Shown piece after piece: positions 26,610 through 38,953 of a stretch of DNA of 63,250 nt. This DNA comes from Hydrolagus affinis. Its lineage: Eukaryota. The stretch is taken from assembly GCA_012026655.1 (NCBI GenBank), contig JAAILG010001668.1, positions 1 through 63,250 on the forward strand. Reading direction: 5' to 3'. The notes beneath the pieces are model-generated. The model searched no databases and was not told the origin of the DNA. It saw only the letters and a program-made list of their open reading frames with translations. Position numbers and translations under genes: made by a program. How positions within the stretch are numbered: the stretch's first letter is position 1; every line of letters starts with the position of its first letter.

Positions 26610-27580
26610 TGTAACAAAATTACATTTGTATTGCGCCTTTCAGGTCGGGAGGACATCCCAAGGCACTGAAACAACAACAACTTGCATTTATATAGTGCCC
26701 TCCACACCAGGTAACATCTCAGAGTGTTTAACAGAGATGGAGCCGGAATGGGATGAGGGAAGAAGGTTGAAGAGAAAGGTTTACAGGCAGGACTTGAAAA
26801 GGGGGAGAGAAGGGGCAAGGCAGAGGAATTGAGGGAGACTGTTCCAGAGTTTTGTGGCTGAAAGCATGATTTTTGATTGTGTGGTGGAGGGTGGAAGGAA
26901 TGAGCAGGAGGCTGGAGCTGGTCGAGTAGAGACTCAGGTTAGTGGATTGGGGAGTGAGGAGGTCAGAGAGGTAGCGAGGTACAAGATTGTGAGTGGATTT
27001 GAACATAAGTGTCAGGATCTTGAAAAGGATCCGTTCGGTGATGGGCAGCCAGTGGAGCCTGGCCAGAACTCCCAAGTGTGGGGTGACAAATGCACGCACA
27101 AAGTTTTCAACTGTATTCGGGATAAGGTACATTCAGAGGTGGGCAATGTGGCAGAGGTGGAAGAAGGTGGTCCTGGTCAGGGCCTAGGTGTGGGGGAGGA
27201 AGGACAATTGGGGGTCAAACCAGATGGTGCAATGGTTCGATGAGGAAGAGCCCAAGGAGGTTGAGGAATTTAGAACCACAGGAATGAAGAAATTGATGGG
27301 AGCCAAGGAGTATGGCTTCCAGCTTGTCTATATTAGAATGTCCCAGTTACTACTTTCAGCACCAGTAGACATCCTACTGGTCGTTCACGTCCTCCCGATG
27401 TGAAAGGCGCTCTATCAATGTAATTTTGTGTGTTGCTGATGTTCAGCTACAGGAAGATTACATTCACCCAGGCCTTGATGTCCACCAGACAAGCTGATAG
27501 AACATGGCAAACCTGGAGTTCGGACTGGAGGACGCAAAATAGATTTGTGTGTCATCCGCATACATGTGGAAGTTTACCCA
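26610..27580 (-). mobile_element. Degenerate L2 LINE fragments
   Basis: LARLHWLPITERILFKILTL; YADD remnant (gtcatccgcatacatgtggaag) near 27550; L2 tails. Confidence 0.8.
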
Positions 27581-27849
27581 GTGTGACTGGTTGACTATAG
27601 GATACTAAACTGTGATTAGCAACTCCCTTTATTTCTGTCCCTCCATCTTCCCGACAACAATATTTAGCCCTGCCAACCCTGACAACCTCATAGAATTACT
27701 TAGATCTTCAGCCTAAATGGAACATACTAATGTTTACACTCCATACGATTCTCCGTCCCTTCTATTCCCCTCTCCACAATCTTATATTCCCTGCTCAATC
27801 ATGGATACAGTGTTAAAACTGTGCAAATATATAGATGATGTGTGCAAGA

Positions 27850-28721
27850 ATAATTTAAGATAAAGTAAGCAAATGTGTATAAATATTATGTAACTTTTAC
27901 TCTACCAAGTTTCCAAAAAAATCAAAAACACTATGAATTATTCATTTATAGCTTCCTAATAAAATCATTCAATAAATTTTCTTTAGGCTGTAAAACACTG
28001 TATACAATATCAGATACCAATTCATTATTCATTGAAGAAAATACTCCAAAAAATAATTATTCAACCCTTGTAGAGCTAACTCTAAGTAAGACTGAAATCC
28101 CATTGGGTCTTGAATGGATGTTTTAACATGAAAAATCTGTCCAGAGCTTTCACTTCAGACCACCCATCTACTAAAAATAATAAATACTGTAAAATGTGGC
28201 ATATTTGAGAATATAAATCTGTATTAAAGTTATGAGGTGGCTTGGAAATATATCCCTAACCAAAATGGCTGTTTGTTCAACCATGGAACAAAAGCAAAGT
28301 ACAGAAGTCTCAATGGAAAATAACCAAATATACAAAAAATGTGCCATTCTTTTCATATATAACTCTAAGTGTTGATGTCGTTGACCTCCATTAATAGTCA
28401 AAGGAAAAATACTTTCGGGTGTCACGAGGGATATCACTATTTTTGAAGGAATATTTAATTCTGTCCGGTATTCAACAACAACTTGAATTTTTATAGTGTC
28501 CAATTGCCCAGGACAGTGTCTCAGAGCACTGCAAGGTTGCAAATTAGAAAGTGTTCAGGTGAAATCCACCTAAACCAGAAAGAGCAGAAATTGAAGCTAC
28601 TGCAAAGTGACTCACTCATAATGTGAGTCACTTTTCTTTTCTTTTCCTGAAACGAACTTTCAGGAAAAGAACTTTTCTTTTCCTGAAGTAATAAAAGATC
28701 ACAAAGTTGTTGGTGCTCCAC
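27850..28721 (-). pseudogene. Probable dynein fossil segment between AAA2 and AAA3
   Basis: Non-repeat, coding-like, same strand (ORFs 28171-28542 and 28521-28721); FLYIWLFS weakly resembles the AAA2-lid FxFALIWS motif. Assignment is mostly positional. Confidence 0.35.
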
Positions 28722-28727
28722 GCTGTC

Positions 28728-29105
28728 AACAACAACAAAATTCCATTGATAGAGCGCCTTTCACGCTGGGAGGACGTCCCAAGGCTGAACAGTTAGGTCA
28801 GGACTGAGTGAGTGTGGTGGGGGGTTGAGGTAGGGGGGAAGGAGAGTAGGAGAGTGGGGAGAGGTAGGAGGGGAGCAGAAGGCACGGTTGAAGAGGAAGG
28901 TCTTGAGACCGGCCTTAAAGGAGGAAAGGGAGGAAGCGAGGTGAAGGGATTGCGGGATGGAGTTCCAGAGTGTGGAGGCAGAGAGGCTGAAAGCCCAGCC
29001 ACCGATGATAGGGTGGTTTGGATGGAGGACATGGAGCAGGCCAGAGCCTGCTGAGCGGAGGGGACGGGCAGGCTGATAGGGAGACTGCGGGTCGGAGAGA
29101 TAGGT
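28728..29105 (-). mobile_element. L2 LINE 3' end
   Basis: Same tail (gagcgcctttcacgctgggaggacgtcccaagg) and purine-rich 3' segment as other copies; similar copies at 1-110, 30383-30690 and 38025-38320. Confidence 0.8.
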
Positions 29106-31739
29106 GTTAAGTAACAGTATCTAGTTAACACTGGTAGTGAATCTCTTTCTGGCATCTTGTTTGGATTTTGCACTCTTGGTTGGATGCCCAGATGACATTT
29201 TTGTCTGCAGCTCCAACAGTGTATGAAGGCTAGACAGCCCGTCCGTGAGGCTAGCTGGTAATGGCAAGTGTATCTTTGCTGCCACCAGGATAACAGTGAT
29301 AAATGCATTATCCTGGTGGGTGAGCAAAGCCTAACTAACAGATACAGCTTAAAGAATAAATCTTAAATTGGGGGACTCTGATTCGTTTAATACAATCATA
29401 AGGTCAAAACCAAATGCATAGTCAATCTGTGCAGTTAAGGCAGCATGGAGTGAAGATAGCATTAGGACAGATATAAGAACTCCAGTAGTATGATATTTTT
29501 GGGTTAGATATGTGAAACATATACAAGCGTACAGATGTACTTAACCAAACACAAACCAAACTATCACCATAGAAAAGTACAGTAGAGAAGAATGTTAATA
29601 ATAATACTCCTACATTTGGTGTTGTGCCTTGACATCGGGAGGACATCTCAACATTGTAAGTGTAGTGACTGGGTGTATTTGGGTGAAAGCGTCAATCAAT
29701 TTGTGTACAACAAAATAAATAACCATAAAATAAATAACCAATTTAGCAGGTGAAATTCCCTTCTCTTTTAAAATAGTATCGTGGGATCTTTAAAGTCCAT
29801 TTTAAGCCACAGAGGGAACCTTGGGTTCAACATTTCATCCGAAGGTTGGCCCCTCAGCAATGCATTAGGATGGCAGCTAACAGGGCTGATATTGGCTTTG
29901 AATCTTCTAACTCAGTGGGTTGAGGTCATTTGCCATAATTATTCCTTTTTAGATATCTGCTAAGCTTTCCACATAGGCATGACATTTCCATTTATCTAAA
30001 ATGCAGTGAATACATAACCTCTCCCACAGGAAAACGCCTGCAAACCTAATCACCCAGGCACAGATTGGCTGTACTGCTGCAGTGTAACGAGCTTCACCAC
30101 ACACCTGCCATTGCCTGGCCAGCTTCCTGCTGCTTGTTGCTTTAGCAATAACCTACCAGTTAGGGCTTTGGCTTCCAGGGTTAAAAAGAATTGATGGGAT
30201 GAGACCCTGCAGTAAGCAGTGAAGCTCTTTGAGAAACGCAGGTATAATATTGGGCTAATGCATTACGGGTCCAATTTGAAGCTACTGTCTAAAAATAACA
30301 GTGGGAAGACAACAAGCAATAAGAATGATGACTTTGAAATATTATATATGGATGTTGTCCTGATGTGGTTAGATGACCACTACAACAACAGCAAAATGAC
30401 ACTTGCACAGCGGCTTTCATGTCAGGAGGACATCCCAAGGCACTGGACAGTCATTGTTTCAGAGCCGAGCTGGGGTCGGGGACGGGGAGGGTGGAGGGAA
30501 AGGGGGGGATTTCGAGAGAATGATGGGACTGTCGAAGAAGAGGGTCTAAAGGCGGGACTTGAAGGAGGCCAGGGAGGGGGCATGGAGCAGGCCGGAGCCT
30601 GCTGAGTGTAGGGGGTGATCAGGTTGGTAGGGGGATAGGAGGTCGTAGACGTAGGTTGGGGCGAAGCTGCGGAGGGCTTTGAATATCAGTAAATTTATAG
30701 AGGGGGAAATGTTAGATTAGCAACCCTACAAGCTTATTTGTGTATCTGCTATGGATTTGAACTCAGAGTCACGGCTGATATTCAATTGGAAGTTGTGAAT
30801 TATCAGAGGGCCATCTTTTGGATGATACAGTCAGCCCTTCATCCCATTTGTTTTCATCCTTCCAGAATACGCACATTACTGTCTTCTCAAAGCAGCATTG
30901 AGTTGTTGGTTTAAATGAATCTAGTGTCCTGACATCAACCACCCTTCCTGATAACATATTCCAAAATGAAAGATAGCGACCACCAACAAGGACAAAACCA
31001 TGCATGTGTACAGTAACCTTGATGTAGGGCAGAGTCTTGGAGTGCTTAACAATGGCAGAGCGCAACACCGAGTTGGGTGGAAGCAGAAGGTGAACGTAAG
31101 CAAGGTTGAAGAGGATGTGATCTAAAAGAGGGGAAGCAGGGGGAAAGACAGTGGGATTGAGGGAGAGAGTTACAAAGCTTTCAGCCATTAAGCCCCAAAG
31201 CTTTCGTCTTAATCATGGTTGCATTCTAAGCTAATCATGCCTTGCTTCAGCATGTGTTACAAATGTACTTCAGCTAAATTTCCTTGGAATCAATCAGAAA
31301 TCCTAGCAAAGAACACTGAGCAATATGTCACCGACTTAACACCAGGGATGATAACTGTAGCTTTCATGACAAATAAAGAAATTTAAGGGTGATTTGATGG
31401 AGGAATTTGCAGTAATGACAAGCTAAATAGTGATTGACACTTCCCTCTGATGAAGGGATCAAATATAATGGGCCATAATTAGAGAAATTAGATCAGAAAA
31501 TAATTTTTCCCACAGAGCAGGTAAACATGTGAATGAACAGCCCCTGAAGGCCTTAAAGCCATTGGGACGTTTGAAAGGGAGGTGAACATTTAGGAAGGAA
31601 AAGGCATGAAGAAATAGGAAAATAGGACAAATATAAATCTGATTATATCTGATGTAATCCAATCAACTGTTAGAATAGATTAGGCTTGATGGGTTAAATG
31701 GCCTCCTCCCATTCTAATGTCTTTGCTCTTTTTTTTCCA

Positions 31740-33200
31740 ACCCCAATCCTAAATCTTACAATGTGTTTGTTTGTTCCAACAATGGGTTCTTACGATCTCT
31801 GACTCCAATCTTCCTTTTGCCAAATGCTCTGCAACAAATCCCATTCTGAATGATTGGCAACATTGGGATGGGGATCATTGAATCCTTTGCTATTTTTCTT
31901 TGGTCCAACTGTTGCTATCATTCTGATCTCTGTCTCTGTATATGAAGTGACTGATGTCAATTCAACTGGCAGTGCACTGTCTCATATTTCACTCTCTTAT
32001 TTTCAAATCTGGCACTGCATCTCTGCTTGATTCTAAACCTAGATTTGCTGTGTCTGGTACAAATTCTGTCCATCTCACTTTGCATCTGAAGTATGTGTGC
32101 AAAGGCCAACTTTATATCTGCTCTTAATTTCTGTAACTTTAAACATAATGTTTGCTCTACTAAGTTCCAATTATACTCCACATATCCTGCCCTGAACAGG
32201 CACACTGCATTATAATCAAAACTCATCGCGCAATCTTGCACTCAAACTCATCGATTACTGAAAACGTCAAATCACTGGAACTGTCATGGACTTAAACATG
32301 TTATCATTCAAGGCCCGAACATACTTTTAGCCTTAAGATCATTGCCTTGAAATGTAATATCATGGAGATCTTCTGTAGCAAAGTAGAAAAGAAGCAAAGG
32401 ATTTTTTTTTTTTTTAGGTAAGCTTGAATCCTATGAACCAGCGTGACAATTGCATATTTCATGGACCAAAATGTAGTGACCGTTCTGGGTGGTTTCAGCC
32501 CAAACATTGCACCAAAGGTAATACTTCCAAAGGGGTCTTTAGCTGTCAACTCCTTTAATTGTGTTGATCATAAACCAGGTAGTAATTATCACTGTTGAGT
32601 TTTCATCAATAATGTTTCATCAAACATTGGATAAATACAAACATTGGATAAGTAACATTGGATAAATACAAATTTACAAATGTTGCACCATCTCCACAAA
32701 CAGAATTAAATTAGTTCTGTACTTCTTTGCTACATTACAATATTCTACCATCATATGCCAATAGTTAAGCATCCCCTTACATCCATACCCCTGGGAAGGG
32801 AAACTAAAAAGGCAAGTAAAGGCACCAAGATTGAGTTCTGCAAAGAGGGGAGAGGAAACCAAAGACCTGGAACAGCCTGGTTGCATCTGCCAGTTATACC
32901 TTAGGCTGTGCTAGTAGCTGTCAATCAAAATCTGTTGGACAGTTCTTTCTCTAGGCCAACTGGCTCTAAATCTGATACCAATAAGAACTGAAACGGCCTC
33001 ATCCCGCTTTGGTCTGTGTAACAGTTTTATGTGGATTGGGTGTGCCTCCTTCCAAAGGATGCTAGGGTTAATGGACAAGTATTTAAACAGATTATATTTA
33101 ACACACCTTTCAGTCATACTGAAAGTTTTTGGCATTTGCAAATTCAAGGTTTACTTGCGTGCAATTGCTCAGCCTTAAAAGTATTTTCAAACCATTTATA
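31740..33200 (-). pseudogene. Dynein heavy chain fossil: AAA1 lid and AAA2
   Basis: FSMTERCVKYNL ~ YDFGMRAVKSVL; PKRDEAVSVLIGIRFRASWP ~ PDENEDVLLLRALRDSNLP; DPFGSITFGAMFG ~ NPKSITMGQLYG; RALNDNM ~ TVLDDNK; AVCLFRAGYV ~ PATVSRAGI; correct order across several frames. Confidence 0.65.
32622..32672. repeat. Short tandem triplication (AACATTGGATAA core)
   Basis: Three copies inside the dynein AAA2 relic. Confidence 0.75.
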
Positions 33201-35083
33201 GTTTTCACAATGCTCCTTGGTTTATGCTTTTGGGTCTGTGTGAATAAACACAAGAATAATTTTTTCTATAGCTTCCCTTCCCAGATTAGACAGCCACTCA
33301 CAAACCGTTCCCCAATCAATCTAATACAGTAAGCAAGATATATCATATACATTGTGTATTATCAATGCAGTGAAATTCACATATGTTGAATCAGTCAGAA
33401 CCATAACATTTAATATGACTTACACAAATTATGAGTTTCAGTCAAACATCGATCTGTAGGAATTTTTACTATTATCACATAACAGTAAATAACTACCTTG
33501 TTTCTCGTACTTGTTTCAACCGATCACACTGTGCTGTACTGAACATGCAGTATTTCATCACTGTAGCCAGTACATTCAACAACAACAACAACAACCACAA
33601 AATTACGCTTGTATACCGCCTGCCATGTCAGGAGGACATCCCAAGGCGCTGGTCACATGCAGTGACTGGAGAAAATTTCCTTTCCCATACGTGTTTCAAA
33701 TGGAATGCATGGATACTTCAATCCTTTGCTAAGTGTGCTTAGGGAAATGGCTCAAGACTTAATTTGCTGTGATTCACACACATTAGCTGTACACGCAGTA
33801 ATGGATCAAAATATTGCACGTGCGTACTTCACTGCGGTGATGGGCTAAGACTTCATTCATAATAATAAAATAATCCTTGCATTTGATATAGCACTTTTAA
33901 CATTTTCTAGATGTCATAAAGCGCTTCACAGAATATACTGTAAAGTGAATTGACTGTATACATGTGGGAACATATGTGACTGCATATATGTGCGCACTGC
34001 ATTTCCATGCAACGTTTGCAACAAGTGTAGGAAGCAGCAGTCGTTAAGTGAAGTAGTGGTGCTACAAACTGAGAGTTAATTTACATAGGATTGAGGATTA
34101 AGACCAAGAAACAGTTACGATCTAGCCATTGATCCGATTTATAAAATACGACTCGTGCAAAGAAATCAAACTGTTTTTCAGTAGGAAATTGTGGAGGGTG
34201 AAAGGTGGGCCAAGTTTCCTTACTCCAGATGCCTCTGTGATCAATATATTTGTAAAAAAGTGGAAAATAAGCTTGATTAGACTATTTATATTAAATTCTT
34301 AATTCTGTAGCTATGCTATAAAAATTGTATCGCACAGACCAGACAATATGTAATTATGCAGCTCAGTGATTATGCAGACACTTTTACTTTACATATAAAG
34401 CTCAGATAGTTTACAGTGTTTTATGTAAGGCACACATCTGCACAAGTTATTTGGATCGATTCAGCCTGCCATGTTCAGTATTTTACTATTTGAATTCTGG
34501 AATATGTGCTCATTACACAGATTACAAAAGAACATAAGAACATAACATGAGAACATCAGAACATATTCTTAGATGAATTGCAATTCATGTATCCACTTTA
34601 TACAGTGGTATATTAAAATTCATTCTCTCTGAGTCCATGTGGTGAATGGTTCCAGATCAGTAATTGTTGTTCATCCCCATCAGATTTATCAAATGTCTGT
34701 GTAGCATCACAAATGTTGTCAAATTACAAGAGCAGGGCTTCTCCAGGTTAATTATGAAGTGAAATTGTGACCAACATAGGGCCCAGTCACCCCCTCAGCC
34801 AGAGCTGTTTCCTTCTCGTCTCTTCAATTCTAGTCAACCATTTGCACCTAATCTAAAAATCCCTCTTGACTACACCAGCGTAGCCTGTGATGATTGTTGT
34901 GCCTTCATTATTAACAAGTTGGACTTATATAGCAGCATTCACACAGAAGCACTAATGGATTTAGCAGTGGGAGCAGTGGATACCAATAGGTGGGCAGGCT
35001 TCAAAGTGACCAAAGACATAGTTCTAAAGATAGATCTCTAGAAGGTTTTAAAAAGATGAGACATTAAACTACAATTTTCAGGC

Positions 35084-36123
35084 TTATATCCTATTCCAAA
35101 AAAATATAAACCGGATCCTTACCGAGTTTCTTTCCATTTCTTTGGTGATTTTCAGGTGTATTCCATCGAGGAGAGACACAAACAAATTGTCCCCAGGAAT
35201 CACTGATACAGTATCTTCATTGGTTCTCATCACAGTCCATGGAAGATGAGGCCGGACAGGAGAGATGTCTCGTGTTTTCAATGATGGAGCATCCTTGTGT
35301 CCAGTTCTTGCCTCAAAAACAATCAACTTACCAGGGTGCAAGAATGTATTCAATACACAAGTAACCATTGAAAATTAATAGCTGCTTTATTTTGGTTCCA
35401 AAAGCTTTGAAAAATGCAACCAAATCCGGAGGCTTGAATTTGGTCATGGTCTTTTCCAAAATTCTCCACAACCTGAAATTTTAAGACAACGGTCTTAAGG
35501 TTAAGACCATGACAAATTTCAGGCCTCATGCACTTTGAGAACTCCGGTGCTCCCACTTCATATCACAATTGGGAAATGCAGACACTGTCTTTAAAACACT
35601 GCCCCCCACCCACCCCATGGGGACATTGCTGTCAAGTGTATGTGTGAGAGTCAGAGCAATAAAACTAAGGGTTGTTTCAAACAAATGCATACGAAAAAGT
35701 AACACGAGACACACATTTGCATGCATCATACCAAGAGACTCACGTAGCAGGACTCAGCAAGAAGGGTTCTCAATTATTTTATGGAATGTATTGGGTTTCG
35801 TGAATGAGTTTGGAATGAGTAAAGAGCAAAGATTGTTCTGTAAACCCAATGAAAGACAAGGTTGTATAGTTGAGGCAAGTAAGGTTTGGTAGAAATGGAG
35901 CATATTGAAAAGGTAGAGGAAATGAACATCAAGCAGAGCATAGAACAGAAAAAAATGGGAGAAAAGAAAGGAAATCTGAGAAAGAAAAGTTAATGCCAGT
36001 TGCCTGATTTTGCTTAGTAGAGTTGCACAAATGAAGTTTAGTTTTTTTAAATGAACTATTCAAGTTGAACAGCTTCCAAGAAGTATAGGAAAACACGTCA
36101 TTGACTTCCTCCATATAATTCAA
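35084..36123 (-). pseudogene. Dynein heavy chain fossil: linker end and AAA1
   Basis: GAPEF...GLNLKTVVLK...FGK...IQASGFGCIFQSF resembles GAPAGPAGTGKTE...QCVVFNC...MGKFFKGLAQSGAWGCFDEF; LIVFEART...VRPHLPWTVMRTNEDTVSVIPGDNLF resembles FxFEG...[25 protein letters not shown]; frameshifts and stops present. Confidence 0.65.
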
Positions 36124-36625
36124 CCTGGAAAAAGCATTACATAGACTCAGTGGTTGCTGCTCTCACTACAAACAAATATTGCAATCAGTCCATCCATTAA
36201 GGACAGTTATGAATGCAATAACGAATCATATACACATTGAAACTGAGTCAAATGTAAATTATTGAGGACTGAGAAAATACCAACAAGAACCACAGAATAA
36301 AGACTATTCTCACATAACTATGTTCTTGCAATGAGAAGCTGGGAGATTGCTTTCCCTGTATACAGATTAGCGAATCATGCCACAATTCCAATATGTAATG
36401 CTGATCGTATGGCTTATCTCCAAGTACAGATTATTCTGATAGATTGTCAATCACTAAAACTGTTCAGAGTGAAAATCACGATGAACATCCAACCAATACA
36501 GAAAATATGGGATCACATATGTTTCAAACTTATCACACATAATACACCACAGGAAACCAGCATTGCTACTTACGTAAAATAGTCGAATATTTCAAAAGAA
36601 AACTTGAATGGAGAATGAAGCATAC

Positions 36626-36819
36626 CTGTGATGGCTTAGATTCCTGTTTGCTTTCATATTTTTCTAAGTCGAAGGACATGTCTAATCCATGATTTCTCCC
36701 ATATTTCTCGACATTTTCTTCATGGTGCACAAAAGAATCGCCATCGAATGCCACCCTCAGCTGTTGCTCTGAAAGGTTGGAGTCTTTGTCCAGGTGGTTG
36801 GTACAAGCCGCTGCAACTC
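36626..36819 (-). CDS. NT5C1 gene B exon 5 (divergent; DGD retained)
   Basis: tttcAG|(G)[64 protein letters not shown]|GTatgc; 194 nt (185+9, frame kept). Confidence 0.9.
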
Positions 36820-37071
36820 CTGAAACCACAGAAAGTTGTGGGTTTAAATAAACGAATTGCGGTTCCCGCACATCGGTTATCACGGTTTGGGTGAAGAAGG
36901 CCCTTTGAACTCATCATTCCAGAATACCCACTTTACCATATTCCCATTGCAACATCAAGTTGATTTTCAAATAAATCCAGTGTCCTGACCTCAACCACCC
37001 GCCCAGGTAACCTGACTCAATTAAAGGGTCAGTCCAAGGCCTGGATGAACACCAACTTTCTGCAACTAATA

Positions 37072-37395
37072 ATAATAATTAGTTTGGTATAGCGCTTTCA
37101 CATTTTCTGGACACCTCAAAGCCCTTCACAGAATATACCGTAAAGTGAATTGACCATATATTTGTAGGTGACTTGGGACGTCCTCCCGACATGAAATGCG
37201 CTCTATAAATGTAATTTAGTTGTTGGTGTAGGCAAAACGCACAAGCCAATTGTGCACAGCAGTGTCCCACAAGTTGTGGATTGAGTGATCAAATGATTAT
37301 GGTTTTTTGTGAGATTATTATTAGGTTGTGGAGGAAGAAAACTTCCCCAAGGAATCGAACGTGCAAGGTGAGTGCTCTAACCACTGAACTACAGG
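37072..37395 (-). mobile_element. tRNA-derived SINE containing a short L2 tail insertion
   Basis: SINE consensus reverse complement with gggacgtcctcccgacatgaaatgcgctctataaatg inside it (~37173-37225). Confidence 0.75.
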
Positions 37396-38830
37396 AATGT
37401 TGATCAGACAGAACCTGTACTCCTTGGCTCCCCATCAACAACTTCCCATCTGCAGTTCCAACCTCCTTACCATCCCTGTTCTACCCTCAGATTTACTGAA
37501 CCTGTGCTGAACTGGTTTTGGCCCACAGCTATACTTCCTGCTCCACCTCCAGTCCCTAATGAGAACCACATTACTCCACCTCCCTCTGCCACAGAGCGGA
37601 GTCCTGTAGCTCAGTGGTTGGAGCTCTCGCTAGTGAGAAACCTGGGTTTCATTATTCATTTTGGATTATATAATTTCTTGGATTTCGATTACAAAGGTAA
37701 GTAAAGGAGGCATTGACTCAACAATATAGGGGAGGTTTCACAATAAACTGTATGATTCAAAGAACACCAAGGAAAAGCAAAGTAGTGGACAGCAAAATTA
37801 TACATAACAAGATATCTATGCACCAAAAGGGAAAGTTATAAATGATATGTACTAACCACTTATAGAGACAAAAAACTGTTCGTTATAATATAGAAACCAA
37901 TATGTCAAAATTAGGAGGGTTATGTAAATGACATTGCAATGATGGGAAAGCTACTGAATTGCAGGAAGAAACTTCCATTGGACAAATCACTGTTTCATTC
38001 AGCAATGCCTCAACAGCACCAGAACAACAACAACATCAACAGATTGCCTCTCACGTCGGGAGGACGTCCCAAAGCGCTGAACAGTCAGTTCAGGACCTGA
38101 GTGGGGGGGGTTGGGGAGGGTTGGGGTAGGGGGAAGGGGGAGGAGAGCGGGAGAGGGGGAAGAGTTAGTGGGGGTCGAAAAGGAAGGTCTTGAGACCGGC
38201 CTTGAAGGAGGAAAGGGAGGAAGCGAGGGGGAGGGGCAGCGGGATGGAGTTCCACAGTGTGGGAGCAGAGAGGCTGAGAGCCCGGCCGCCGATGGTTGGG
38301 GGGTTAGGGCGGTGGACTAACAGAAGATAATTGGTCGTGGGAACCAGATCTGGAGAAGCTTTGGTATGCTTTTTTACAGCAACAAAAAATTCTACGACAA
38401 AAATAACAATAATAACTTGCATTTATATAGCGCTTAACAGTGACCTCGAGCACAGTCAAAGAGGTCTTCAGGTGTGATCTGAAAACGGGGAAGGAGGGGG
38501 TCAAGGCAGAATGCTTGAGAGAGAGTATTCCTATTAACTCATGTATGAACCTGTATGTTTCTGGTTATAAGGGCAAAATAAGTATAAGTGGATTGTAAAA
38601 TGTTGGTAACCGCTGATGTATAGAAAGTAGACACAGAGCAAAATGAGTTACACTCAGCTGGTGCCATTAAAAATGATCAGTGTAACACAAAGTGTCCACA
38701 TAGCTGATCCTTCTGAATGAATTATTGATAATTGGTGTGGATCTATACTGTAGTGCTGCCAATATTGAAATGTGTCAGTCTGTGATATACAAATGTTATT
38801 TCTGTGATCTATTAGTTTCTTTGCCCTTAC

Positions 38831-38953
38831 CTTCGCCTAGTGCTTTTGCAACTTTTAAAGGATCTGATGACAGGTACAGGTTGGTATGATATGCTTTTAA
38901 ATAATTGACAGGATTTGTTCCTCCTGTCATACAGAATCTTTCAATTGTCAAAC
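38831..38953 (-). CDS. NT5C1 gene B exon 4 (not in ORF track)
   Basis: ttttAG|(G)[41 protein letters not shown]|GTaagg; 123 nt. Confidence 0.93.

Noticed and set aside
31957-32241. DYNAVC...ICGV resemblance to HMGXB3/KDZ transposase
   Set aside because: It needs a frameshift and has no flanking support; the surrounding collinear motifs fit dynein AAA2 better.
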